Origin: a candidate division FCPU426 bacterium | GTDB lineage: Bacteria > Oederibacteriota > Muellerivitia > Muellerivitales > Muellerivitaceae | DNA: 64,000 bases | Direction of reading: 5' to 3' | Assembly (NCBI GenBank): GCA_963847625.1 | Contig: CAWKAR010000027.1 | Location: forward strand, 32,001 to 96,000 | Shown here: positions 18,476-27,642 of the stretch, piece by piece | Position numbering within the stretch: position 1 is the first letter of the stretch | How the letters are laid out: each line of letters starts with the position of its first letter | Position numbers and translations under genes: made by a program | Notes under the pieces: model-generated | The model's database searches: none | Told to the model about the DNA's origin: nothing | What the model saw: only the letters and a program-made list of their open reading frames with translations

Positions 18476-19378
18476 TCAAACCTTTTCCGGCTGGTACTTG
18501 CCGAAGAGGCCCGCGGGCTTTAACAGCAGGATGAGGATCAGGATGGCAAAGGCCAGCGCGTCCCGGTAGGTCGAGGAACCGTATCCCACCACCATGGCCT
18601 CGGCGATGCCCATGATCAGCCCCCCTACCACCGCCCCCCGGATGCTTCCGATGCCCCCCAGGACCGCCGCCACGAAGGCCTTGATTCCGATCATGACCCC
18701 CATGAGGGGGTCCACTCTCGGATAGCAGATGCCCACCAGGATGCCCGCCGCGGCCGCCAGGGCCGAGCCGATGATGAAGGTGAAGGAAACGATGCGCCCG
18801 GTGGGAATGCCCACCAGCGAGGCGAGTTCATGGGAATGGGAAACGGCCCGCATGGCTCTTCCCAGCTTGGTCTTCAGCACGATCCATTCCAGCACGATCA
18901 TCAGGAAAAGGGCTGTCATGAAAACCGTGATTTGCTGGTTGGTCACGGCCACCTGGCCGAATTGGAAGAGGGCCGTCTGGGGCATGATGTCCGGAAAGAC
19001 CCGGGGAGTGGCGCCGAAGATCACCTGGCCCAGGTTCTCCAGGAGAAGGGAAACGCCCACGGCGGTGATCAAGAGGTTGAGCCGGGGCACGTGCATGAGG
19101 GGCCGGTAGGCGAAACGCTCGATCAGGAAACCCAGGAGGGCCGAGGCCAGCATGGCGGCCGCGAGCACGACCAGGAAACGGCCGATGCCCGGGTTTTGGC
19201 CGGCCCCTACGGCGATCGCCGTGAAAAGGCCCGCATAGGCCCCCACCATCACGATGTCGCCATGGGCAAAATTGATCAGGCGCAGGATTCCGTACACCAT
19301 GGTGTAGCCCAGGGCGATCAGGGCGTAGATGGAACCAAGGGCCGCACCGTTCAATAAAAGTTGTGAAAAACCTTCCAT
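18476..19378 (-). CDS. livH: Branched-chain amino acid ABC transporter permease LivH
   Basis: GSIYALIALGYTMVYGILRLINFAHG and KAFVAAVLGGIGS motifs. Confidence 0.93.
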   Translation of the reverse strand: MEGFSQLLLNGAALGSIYALIALGYTMVYGILRLINFAHGDIVMVGAYAGLFTAIAVGAGQNPGIGRFLVVLAAAMLASALLGFLIERFAYRPLMHVPRLNLLITAVGVSLLLENLGQVIFGATPRVFPDIMPQTALFQFGQVAVTNQQITVFMTALFLMIVLEWIVLKTKLGRAMRAVSHSHELASLVGIPTGRIVSFTFIIGSALAAAAGILVGICYPRVDPLMGVMIGIKAFVAAVLGGIGSIRGAVVGGLIMGIAEAMVVGYGSSTYRDALAFAILILILLLKPAGLFGKYQPEKV

Positions 19379-19513
19379 CCAACCATCCTCCGTTTAATGG
19401 AGCGATTTTACCCACGAAGCGGGAAACACTAAACAGAAAAACAAGCGAGCGCGCCGCTTCCTTGACGGGCGGTGTGCTGTGATAATAGGCTTATCGGACT
19501 CAAAGGAGAAAGC

Positions 19514-20686
19514 TTGGCTTCCAAAAAAACCGTCCTGATCGCGAACCTGGTCTTCACCCTATTCTTCATCCTGAACGTCACCGCCATCGTGACGGGACTT
19601 TCCTTCTACCCCGAGCAATGGCGGTTTTTTCTGCTCGCTGGCGTCCTGGGCAACCTCCTCTGGCTCCTCTTTCCCCTCATCCTCAAGCGGCATTCCTCCC
19701 CTTTTTTCCGGCTCTCCCGCGCGGTCCTGGGCCCGTTATGGGTCTTATGGAACTTCTTCATCCTGCTTTACTCGGCTTTCATCCTCGTTTTAGGGCTCAT
19801 ATGGTTTCCTTTGGGAAAATGGGCAGGAATTTCTTTCGACCATTTCGCCTATATTCCCTCCACCGTCTTCCTGGCGGCCATCGCCTTCATTTGCGTGGCG
19901 GGATACCTCCAGGCCCTGATTCCCGTCAAGTTGGAGAAGATCACGGTCCCAATCCGGAACCTTCCCAAGGAATTTGCCGGTTTCAAGATCGCCATGATTT
20001 CGGACCTACACGTGGGGCTCTTTACCCGGTTTTGGCGGCTCCGGAAGTTCGCCCGGACCGCCCAGGATGCGAATCCGGACCTCTTCGTGGTTTGCGGGGA
20101 TATCACCGATGACGATCCCCAGTACCTGCCGAAGTTTCTGAGAAGCCTGGAGGCTTTGGACCCTTATATTCCCGCCCTGGGTGTGCTGGGTAACCACGAC
20201 GTCTATGCCGACCCGGAAAAAACCCTGCGTTTCCTGGAGGACAGCCGCCTGCAAATGCTGGTGAATGAGGGGATGGAAATCAGGCGGGGAGGTGCCTCAC
20301 TGTGGGTGGCCGGAGTCGGTGATGCGGGGGCGCGGCAATTAGGAAAATGGGGATCCGTGGCGCCGGATTTCGACGCCGCGTTGAAAGGAAAACCCGAAAA
20401 GGCCCCGACCGTATTGCTATGCCACCAGCCCCAGGGTTTCCCGGAGTCCGTGGCGCGGAAAGTGGAACTGACCTTGAGCGGCCACACCCACGGGGGCCAG
20501 TTGGGGTTCCGTCGCTTGAATTGGTCCCTGGCCAAGCTATTCATGAAATACCACATGGGGCTGTTTAAGGAAGGGGAGAGCTGGCTTTACGTTTCCACGG
20601 GAACGGGCACCTGGGGCCTGCCGATCCGGTTCGGCCTCACGCCCGAGGTCACGCTAATTGAATTAGCAATAGAAAATGAACAATGA
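19514..20686 (+). CDS. Membrane-anchored metallophosphoesterase (YkuE/YaeI-like)
   Basis: Several N-terminal TM segments followed by SDLH, GDITD, GNHD and SGHTHGGQ; TTG start after AAAGGAG. Confidence 0.88.
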   Translation: MASKKTVLIANLVFTLFFILNVTAIVTGLSFYPEQWRFFLLAGVLGNLLWLLFPLILKRHSSPFFRLSRAVLGPLWVLWNFFILLYSAFILVLGLIWFPLGKWAGISFDHFAYIPSTVFLAAIAFICVAGYLQALIPVKLEKITVPIRNLPKEFAGFKIAMISDLHVGLFTRFWRLRKFARTAQDANPDLFVVCGDITDDDPQYLPKFLRSLEALDPYIPALGVLGNHDVYADPEKTLRFLEDSRLQMLVNEGMEIRRGGASLWVAGVGDAGARQLGKWGSVAPDFDAALKGKPEKAPTVLLCHQPQGFPESVARKVELTLSGHTHGGQLGFRRLNWSLAKLFMKYHMGLFKEGESWLYVSTGTGTWGLPIRFGLTPEVTLIELAIENEQ

Positions 20687-20724
20687 AAAATCGCGGAAAA
20701 ACCCGGGCATGCCTGTAGTCGTTC

Positions 20725-21030
20725 GGAATCTGCCAGTAGGACCCCTGGACCTACCAGTAGGAGCCCTGGAATCTGCCAGTAGGACTTCCGGCACCTGCTC
20801 CTAGGACTCCCGGCACCTGCTCCTAGGACCCCGGGCACCTGCTCCTAGGACTGCGGGCCTCTGCTATTAGGACCCCGGGCACCTGCTCCTAGGACTTCCG
20901 GCACCTGCTCCTAGGACCCCCGGCACCTGCTCCTAGGACCCCCGGCACCTGCTCCTAGGACTCCGGGCACCTGCTCCTAGGACTCCGGCACCTGCTCTTA
21001 GGACCCCCGACCTGCCAGTAGGGGGCCGGG
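20725..21030. repeat. Tandem array of about 14 x 22-bp units, consensus GGCACCTGCTCCTAGGAC-NNNN
   Basis: Read directly. Units have an 18-bp conserved core plus 4 variable bases, and edge units degenerate (GGAATCTGCCAGTAGGAC). Lies between convergent genes. Confidence 0.92.
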
Positions 21031-21137
21031 AACCCAGTACACGGGCCCCGGGAACATGAGCCGATAGTCCCGGGAACATGCGTCGGTAGGCGGCATCGGA
21101 GGTGTCGATAGGTGTCGTCAGGATAATCTGGTTCAGA

Positions 21138-22265
21138 TTACGGGTTTACGGTCGTGACGAAGGATTCCTTCCCGTTTTCGACCTTCAAGACCACCGCCGA
21201 TTTCACCGCGTCGCGGTTCTCGTTCAGGCTGATGGTTCCCGTCACGCCGGGGAAGTTCTTGGTGGCCGCGATGGCGTCCCTTATATCCTGGGGACCGAGG
21301 CTCTTGGCGGTTTTCAAGGCCGCCGCCAGGACCCCCACTGCGTCATAGCCCAGGGTGGCCAGGGCGTCGGGGATATGGCCGAAACGGGAATTGTACTTGT
21401 TCACGAAATCCACCACCTTGGGGTCCTTGGACATGGAGGAAAAGTGGGTGGAGAAGTAACAGCCTTCCAGGGCCGTCCCGCCGATCTCAAAAAGCTTGCT
21501 CGACTCCCAGCCGTCGCCGCCCAGAAGCGGCACCTTGAGGCCCAACTCGCGGGCCTGCTTGGCGATGAGTCCCACCTCGGTGTAGTAACCCGGCACGAAA
21601 ATCACGTCCGGCTTCACCTCCCGGATGGTGGTTAATTGCGATTTGAAATCGATGTCCCCTTGGACGTAACTCTGGTCGCTGACGATGGTCCCGCCCTTCT
21701 CCTTGAACCTTTTGATGAAGTAATCCGCCAGGCCCATGCTGTAGTCGGATTTCTGATCCCGGAAGATAGCCGCGGTCTTGGCCTTGAGGTGGCCCAGGGA
21801 AAAATCGGCCATGACCTGCCCTTGGAAGGGATCGATGAAGCAGACGCGGAAGATGTAGTCGCCCTGCTGGGTGACCTTGGGGTTGGTGGAGGAGGGGGAG
21901 ATCATGGGGGTTTTGCGGTCCTGGCAGATGGGCGCCGCCGCCAGGGAAAGGGAACTGGCCACCTCGCCGATGACCACTTGGACCTGGTCCTGCGTGATGA
22001 GTTTGGTGACGGCCACCGCCGCCTGCTCGGGCTTGCCCTGGTCGTCCAGGGTGGTGACGATGAGCTTCTTTCCGTTGATTCCCCCGGCCGCGTTGATTTC
22101 GTCCGAGGCGAAAATCACGCCCTCATGGTTGGACTGGCCGAAAGTGGCCTGGCCCCCCGTGAGGGAGGCGAATTCCCCGATCCGGATCTCGTTGGGATTG
22201 ATCTTGGGCCCGCAGGAAAGGCTGAGGATGCCCAGGACGGCCAGGGCCATGATGGTTTGACGCAT
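21138..22265 (-). CDS. livK: Branched-chain amino acid ABC transporter substrate-binding lipoprotein (LivK/LivJ family)
   Basis: Lipobox LSLSC; SLTGGQATFG, STNPKVTQQGDYIFRVCFIDPFQG and GVTGTI motifs. Confidence 0.88.
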   Translation of the reverse strand: MRQTIMALAVLGILSLSCGPKINPNEIRIGEFASLTGGQATFGQSNHEGVIFASDEINAAGGINGKKLIVTTLDDQGKPEQAAVAVTKLITQDQVQVVIGEVASSLSLAAAPICQDRKTPMISPSSTNPKVTQQGDYIFRVCFIDPFQGQVMADFSLGHLKAKTAAIFRDQKSDYSMGLADYFIKRFKEKGGTIVSDQSYVQGDIDFKSQLTTIREVKPDVIFVPGYYTEVGLIAKQARELGLKVPLLGGDGWESSKLFEIGGTALEGCYFSTHFSSMSKDPKVVDFVNKYNSRFGHIPDALATLGYDAVGVLAAALKTAKSLGPQDIRDAIAATKNFPGVTGTISLNENRDAVKSAVVLKVENGKESFVTTVNP

Positions 22266-22453
22266 TTGGAACTCCTTCATCAATTAGGGGTGGGATTGAA
22301 ACGGGGGCTAGGATAGGCAAGTTTCAAGGGAGCGTCAAGAACGGGGAAAGGGTCAAAACCACTTGCAGGTTTCCCCGAATAATTAATGGATACCTATTGA
22401 ATCTAGTGCCAAACAAATGAGATATGGCGGAATTCCTTCGCCGCAGAAAACCT

Positions 22454-22462
22454 TGTTATAAT
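22454..22462 (+). promoter_or_regulatory. Extended -10 element, suggesting a leaderless transcript
   Basis: TGtTATAAT 6 nt upstream of the ATG at 22469 with no SD in between. Confidence 0.5.
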
Positions 22463-22468
22463 CCCCCC

Positions 22469-24409
22469 ATGAATCCAGGCCCCGCAACCGGTTCCTCGAC
22501 ATCCTCCGACCTATCCCAAATATTTCGCTGGTCCAATCCATGGGCCTACGCCCTGGCCGGTTGTTTCCTATTGCTCATCCTATTCGGGGCGCATCGCATC
22601 GACGACACCGACATGGGTTTCCATTTAAGGAGCGGCCAATGGATCCTGCAGAACCATTGGGTGCCCACCCAGGAACCCTACACTTATACGGTCCCCAGCC
22701 ACGAGTACCTGGATATGGAGTGGCTTTACCAGGTTCCCCTCTACCTTCTATATATAGCGGGTGGATACACTTCTATCTCCCTAGTCCATATCGCCTTGAT
22801 GGTCCTGGCCTTTTTACTGTTATTCAAGCGTCTTCGGATGACCGGAACCCCTTGGTGGATATGCGCATTCCTGTTGGCGGCGGCGGTGCTGGCCTCGGAA
22901 ATCCGGTGCCGGGTCAGGCCTGAAATCCTCAGCTGGGTCCTCCTAGGCTTGACTCTTTGGGTGCTGGAATCCAGGGCCGAAAAAAAAGGGGACCGGCTTT
23001 TTTGGCTCCCCTTCATCCAATGGTTTTGGGTCAACACCGAGGGCCTTTTCGGGCTGGGCCTGGGCTTGATGGTTTTCTACTGGATTTCCAACCTGGTGCA
23101 TACCCGCAAGAACGACATGAAATTGCTGAAATTCACCGGGCTTTCCCTGGCGGCCTGCCTGGCCAACCCTTACTTTATCCGCGGATTGTTGTTCCCCCTG
23201 ACCCTGCTTTCCAAGTTGAGGTTATCCGATACCAACATCTTCAAGTTCGCGGTCAAGGAATTCCAACCGCCCTGGTCCCTGTCTTTCCCCAACCAACTGT
23301 TACCACCTTCCTATCTCTTGACCTACAAGTTCTTCTGCTTCTTCCTGTTGTTTCTTCTCCTGGTTACCTTCCGCAAGAGGAAGATCCATGAGTGGCTGAT
23401 GGCCCTAGTCTTTTTCGGCTTTTCCGTATCCGCCATGCGCAACATCCCCCTCTTCCTGTTGGCCTGCGCACCGCTGGCCGCCACCTGCTGGGGGGAACTG
23501 AAGTGGAACTGGCTGAGGCGGTTCCAGGAGAAATTTCTCTCCAAGCCGGTTTGCGCCTGGGCCCTGGCGCTGTTCCTGCTGGGTTTTTCCCTGAGGATGG
23601 TGACCAACGCCCACTACGTTTCCCGCCGGCTGGCGGAGCGTTTCGGCCTGGGGTTGGACCAGAGTACCCTGCCGGTGGCGGCCTGCGAATACCTGATTCA
23701 AAATCACTTGGACGGAAAAGTCATCAATACGCTGGATGAAGGGGACTGGCTGGACTGGAAGGGACCCCAAAAGACCTTTATCGACGGGAGGCTGGAGGCT
23801 ATGGGCGAGGAATTCTTCACCGAATACATGCAATCGATGTCTCCGGGAGCCCTCAAGCCCCTGTTGGACAAATACCAACCCGACATCCTCTTCTTCCACC
23901 CCCTCCACGCGCCCCAGTGGGTGTTCGAAATGAAGAGCATGGCGGGATGGAGACTGGTTTACGTGGACAGCCACACCGCCATCTACCTGCGGCAGGGCTA
24001 CGCGGACAATCTCCTGGCCGTGGATTACGACCGGGTGCTGGCGGACTGGGGGGTGGACAAGGCCATCCTGGGGAACGTGGACAACCTGCTTCAGACGCCC
24101 CACCCGACGTCTTGGGTCCGCTTTTTGGAGGGATTCGTCGTGCCGGCGTATTATCCCGACGGCCTCCAGAACATGGGCATCTTCTGCGCCCGCAATGACC
24201 ACCTGAAGGAAGGCAAATGTTTTTTCCTGGAGGCCATCCGGAGGACGGGGGGCTGGTATTACGACTTTTATTTCAACCTGGGAAGCATGGATTTTTACCT
24301 CACCCAAAGGTACCAGGAGGCTTTGACTTGCATGAAAAGGGTCCTGGAGGACCAGCCTGAAAACCCGTTCGCCCTCAAGGTACTGCAGGATGTTTCGAGG
24401 CTCCGCTGA
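22469..24409 (+). CDS. Polytopic membrane protein, putative GT-C-fold glycosyltransferase, with C-terminal TPR
   Basis: DTDMGFHLRSGQWI first-loop motif, EWL, RPE, WVNTEG, NPY and FIDGRLE; many TM helices; TPR-like tail. GT-C call is inference. Confidence 0.65.
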   Translation: MNPGPATGSSTSSDLSQIFRWSNPWAYALAGCFLLLILFGAHRIDDTDMGFHLRSGQWILQNHWVPTQEPYTYTVPSHEYLDMEWLYQVPLYLLYIAGGYTSISLVHIALMVLAFLLLFKRLRMTGTPWWICAFLLAAAVLASEIRCRVRPEILSWVLLGLTLWVLESRAEKKGDRLFWLPFIQWFWVNTEGLFGLGLGLMVFYWISNLVHTRKNDMKLLKFTGLSLAACLANPYFIRGLLFPLTLLSKLRLSDTNIFKFAVKEFQPPWSLSFPNQLLPPSYLLTYKFFCFFLLFLLLVTFRKRKIHEWLMALVFFGFSVSAMRNIPLFLLACAPLAATCWGELKWNWLRRFQEKFLSKPVCAWALALFLLGFSLRMVTNAHYVSRRLAERFGLGLDQSTLPVAACEYLIQNHLDGKVINTLDEGDWLDWKGPQKTFIDGRLEAMGEEFFTEYMQSMSPGALKPLLDKYQPDILFFHPLHAPQWVFEMKSMAGWRLVYVDSHTAIYLRQGYADNLLAVDYDRVLADWGVDKAILGNVDNLLQTPHPTSWVRFLEGFVVPAYYPDGLQNMGIFCARNDHLKEGKCFFLEAIRRTGGWYYDFYFNLGSMDFYLTQRYQEALTCMKRVLEDQPENPFALKVLQDVSRLR

Positions 24410-24535
24410 GGGGTTAAGAGAACTTTTTAAGCGTCTGGATGGTGTTATATTGGTTTCGCGGGAGTAAAATCCTGTTTATTCAATATAACCACGCCCGTCA
24501 TCGATAAACGCCTCTTTTGGAAATAAAGGGAAACC

Positions 24536-27406
24536 ATGAACTTCCGATATTTGAAGAAGCGAAAACCCCTCTTGCTTGGCCTTCTGGCCTTGCTTTGTTT
24601 TTCCACGGCCCTTTGGTTTTTCCATTTCAGGACCCATCGGATGGGGGGGGACATGGACGGGGACTCGGACAGCGAAAAGGAAGTGCATCCCAGGGTGTTG
24701 CAGGAATGGTTCAACCGGGGCCGGAAGAGCCTTGATTCCCGCCCCGCCGCGGCCCACCGCCTGGAAGCCAGGAAAAAGGCCCGCAGCCTGTCCTTGGCCC
24801 GTCTTTCAAACAATGGTCTTCAGGCTCTGTTGAGCTCCTCCAACCGCATCTCCCGCAACTCGGGCAACTGCGATTGGGCCGAGATGGGCCCCTCCCCCGA
24901 AAACGACTCGGTTGATTTTGAAACTTCCTATGTCTACGGCACCGTCTCGGGCCGGATCACCAGCCTGGCCCTGGACCTCGTCCATGACAGTACCGGAAAC
25001 ACGCTTTACCTGGGGGCGGCTTACGGGGGGGTCTGGAAAACCACCAACGGCCTCAGCGCATCCCCCTCTTTCACGCCCATCAGTGACCCGACCCAAAGCC
25101 TGGCGATGGGGGCACTGGCGCTCGATACGAGCGTGACTCCCCCCATTCTTTACGTGGGGTCGGGGGAATTGAACATGGCGGGCGATTCCTATTTCGGGAC
25201 CGGCATCCTGAAGTCCACCGACGACGGCAACACTTGGACCCTTTCCGGGACCGCCAACGGCGGGGCGCTCTCTTTCGAAGGTTTGGCTTTCTCCAAGCTC
25301 CTGGTGGACCCCACCAGCCCCTCCACGGTCCTGGCGTGCGCGGGTTTTTCCTGCTGCCATCCGGGAATCATCAACCTGAACCAGGGGCTTTACCGCTCCA
25401 CGGACCAGGCCAATAGTTGGACGCAGGTTTCCACCGTCAACGGCGGGGGCCAAGCCATCGCCGGGCATTCCTTCACGGACATTATCTACGACGGGAGCGC
25501 CACTTTTTACGCCGCCGTCCGGTTCCAGGGGGTTTACGCCTCCACGGACCACGGGAACAGCTGGACCCAACTGCCTTCCCCCTTTCCCAGCGGCACGGCC
25601 CCCTCCACCAGCAATTTCGCCCGGGCCACCCTGGCCTTCCGGGGAGGAACCCTTTGGTGCCTGGTGACAGACGCGAATGAGGGCCCCTCCATCCCGGTCA
25701 ACGGAACCGACACGGGCCTTTCCCAATCCACGGACGGAGGCAATACCTGGACGGCCGTAAACCTCCCGGCCAACCTCTACGGAGGCTCCGGCGCCATGCA
25801 GGGAAACTACGACCAATACGTTGCGGCTCCGCCCGGCTCCAATGCCCTGCTGGTGGCCGGAATCGACCTTTTCAAAACTTCCGCGGTCAACGGCACCTCA
25901 ACCTCCTGGGCCAATATGACGAACGCCTATTCCAACAGCCCAAAAAGCCATCCGGACCAGCACGCCATCGCGTTCCTGAACGCCAACACCTGGTTCATCG
26001 GCAACGACGGCGGTATTTGGGCCACCCAGAACGGGGGATCACAATTTACCAACAAGAACACCAACCTGGGGACCATCCAGTTCTACAGCGTGAGCCCCGA
26101 CCCTTCGGGCTACGGGAAATTCCTTGGAGGCTCCCAGGACAACGGGACTGCCGCCAACCACGGCAACAGCGGTTCCGCTTGGACGCTTTATTACGGCGGG
26201 GACGGGGGTTACACGGACGCCAATCCGGCCATGCTAGGCCAGTTTTATTCCGAGAATTTCATGATCGGCTTGTTCCGGACGGACAATTACGGGGCCGACT
26301 TTTTCGGCCATACCGTTATCGACGGTAATTACAGCCCCATCTCCTCGGATGAATGCGCCATGCTCATGCCCTACCAGGTGCTCCCCAGCAATCCGGCCAC
26401 GGTGGTCCTGGGAACCTCCCGGGTTTGGGAGGGTCCCGGAAACCCCTCGTCGGACGGGGCCGGATGGAATCCCATCAGTGGCTACCTGATCGGGAACGGC
26501 GCTTTCCAGTACATCCTGGCCCTGGCTGTGGCCCCGAGTAATACAGGTTACATCTACGCCACCACCGGGGACGACCTCGCGGGAAGCTACCAGGTCTTCA
26601 CCAACTCCGGCGGGAGCAATTGGACCAACGTTTCCACCGGCCTTCCCTCGGGGAACCCCATCGCGGGGATCGCCGTGGATCCCGGCAACCCCGCCATCGC
26701 CTACTCCGGTATCCAGGGTTTCACCGGCACGACGGGTTCCGGGCACGTTTTTCAGACCACCAACGGGGGAGGGAGTTGGACCGACATTACCGGCACCCTT
26801 CCCGACGCGCCGGTGAATTGGCTCCTGGTGGATCCCCAGTTTCCGGGGGATCTCTACGCGGCCACGGACGTCGGAGTTTTCGCGACCCAGGCCGTGAACG
26901 GTTCCTCCACCAGCTGGGCCAGAATGGGGACCCTGCTTCCGGACAGCATGATCCTGCAGATCAAGATGTCCGTGACCTGCCCCCGGCAGATCGTGGCCAC
27001 CACCCACGGTCGCGGCGCCTGGGCCATCTGCCCCTTGGACACCTCCTGTCCCCCCACGCCTACTCCCACGGTCACTTTCACGCCCACCTTCACGCCCAAC
27101 CTCACCCCACTTACTTCCCCCGGTTTCACCGTCCAGGCCCTGCCCAATACCACCGACGGCCAGACTCCCGTCAGCTTCGTCGTGGGACTGCCCGCGGCGA
27201 TGAATATCCAACTGAAAATCTTCGACCTGGCGGGAGAGCTGGTTTACTCCAAATCCGTCAACGGCGTGAATGGAACCAACGCGATCGGCTGGCTGCCGAG
27301 GAACCAGGGAGGAGAGCCTTTGGCCAGCGGAGTCTATATTTATTTCGTGCAGGGCGGCGATTCCTCCGACCTCCAGAAGACCGGGAAGATCGCGGTCGTC
27401 CATTAG
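24536..27406 (+). CDS. Secreted BNR/Asp-box beta-propeller protein (sortilin/GH74-like) with T9SS-like C-terminal domain
   Basis: Repeated S/TxDxGxTW Asp boxes, HPDQHAI, GGSQDNG and THGRG; Thr/Pro linker; tail IFDLAGELV...LASGVYIY...KTGKIAVVH. Confidence 0.85.
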   Translation: MNFRYLKKRKPLLLGLLALLCFSTALWFFHFRTHRMGGDMDGDSDSEKEVHPRVLQEWFNRGRKSLDSRPAAAHRLEARKKARSLSLARLSNNGLQALLSSSNRISRNSGNCDWAEMGPSPENDSVDFETSYVYGTVSGRITSLALDLVHDSTGNTLYLGAAYGGVWKTTNGLSASPSFTPISDPTQSLAMGALALDTSVTPPILYVGSGELNMAGDSYFGTGILKSTDDGNTWTLSGTANGGALSFEGLAFSKLLVDPTSPSTVLACAGFSCCHPGIINLNQGLYRSTDQANSWTQVSTVNGGGQAIAGHSFTDIIYDGSATFYAAVRFQGVYASTDHGNSWTQLPSPFPSGTAPSTSNFARATLAFRGGTLWCLVTDANEGPSIPVNGTDTGLSQSTDGGNTWTAVNLPANLYGGSGAMQGNYDQYVAAPPGSNALLVAGIDLFKTSAVNGTSTSWANMTNAYSNSPKSHPDQHAIAFLNANTWFIGNDGGIWATQNGGSQFTNKNTNLGTIQFYSVSPDPSGYGKFLGGSQDNGTAANHGNSGSAWTLYYGGDGGYTDANPAMLGQFYSENFMIGLFRTDNYGADFFGHTVIDGNYSPISSDECAMLMPYQVLPSNPATVVLGTSRVWEGPGNPSSDGAGWNPISGYLIGNGAFQYILALAVAPSNTGYIYATTGDDLAGSYQVFTNSGGSNWTNVSTGLPSGNPIAGIAVDPGNPAIAYSGIQGFTGTTGSGHVFQTTNGGGSWTDITGTLPDAPVNWLLVDPQFPGDLYAATDVGVFATQAVNGSSTSWARMGTLLPDSMILQIKMSVTCPRQIVATTHGRGAWAICPLDTSCPPTPTPTVTFTPTFTPNLTPLTSPGFTVQALPNTTDGQTPVSFVVGLPAAMNIQLKIFDLAGELVYSKSVNGVNGTNAIGWLPRNQGGEPLASGVYIYFVQGGDSSDLQKTGKIAVVH

Positions 27407-27570
27407 AAAAACCAGGTTTAAAAATGTTTTAAGAGCCGCCCCAAGAAAAATTTTATCGGTAAAACGAGTAACAAATTACCAATCCTCCCCGCCAAGTCAG
27501 GTTATCCGGTAAATCTCGCGTTAAAAGCTTTTTCCTTCTTTCCAGGGCCGAAATTTTTTTCTATTATTTT

Positions 27571-27600
27571 TGGACTAAAACAGCACTTTGCCGTCTATAG
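27571..27600 (+). promoter_or_regulatory. Putative ECF-sigma promoter
   Basis: TGGACTAAAA...TTTGCCGTCTATAG; related to the motifs at 30646, 32271 and 41273. Confidence 0.5.
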
Positions 27601-27642
27601 AGGGAATTGAAGTCCTTAAAAAATATCTTTTGTAGGGATTTA

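Noticed and set aside
20725..21030. 22-bp array as a CRISPR array
   Set aside because: The variable part is only 4 nt, there are no unique spacers, and no cas genes or leader are present.
24806..27432. Long alternative-frame ORFs (24806..25816, 26234..27403, 26620..27432) and similar ones over GC-rich genes
   Set aside because: They overlap well-supported genes and reflect GC3 bias; no motifs were found.
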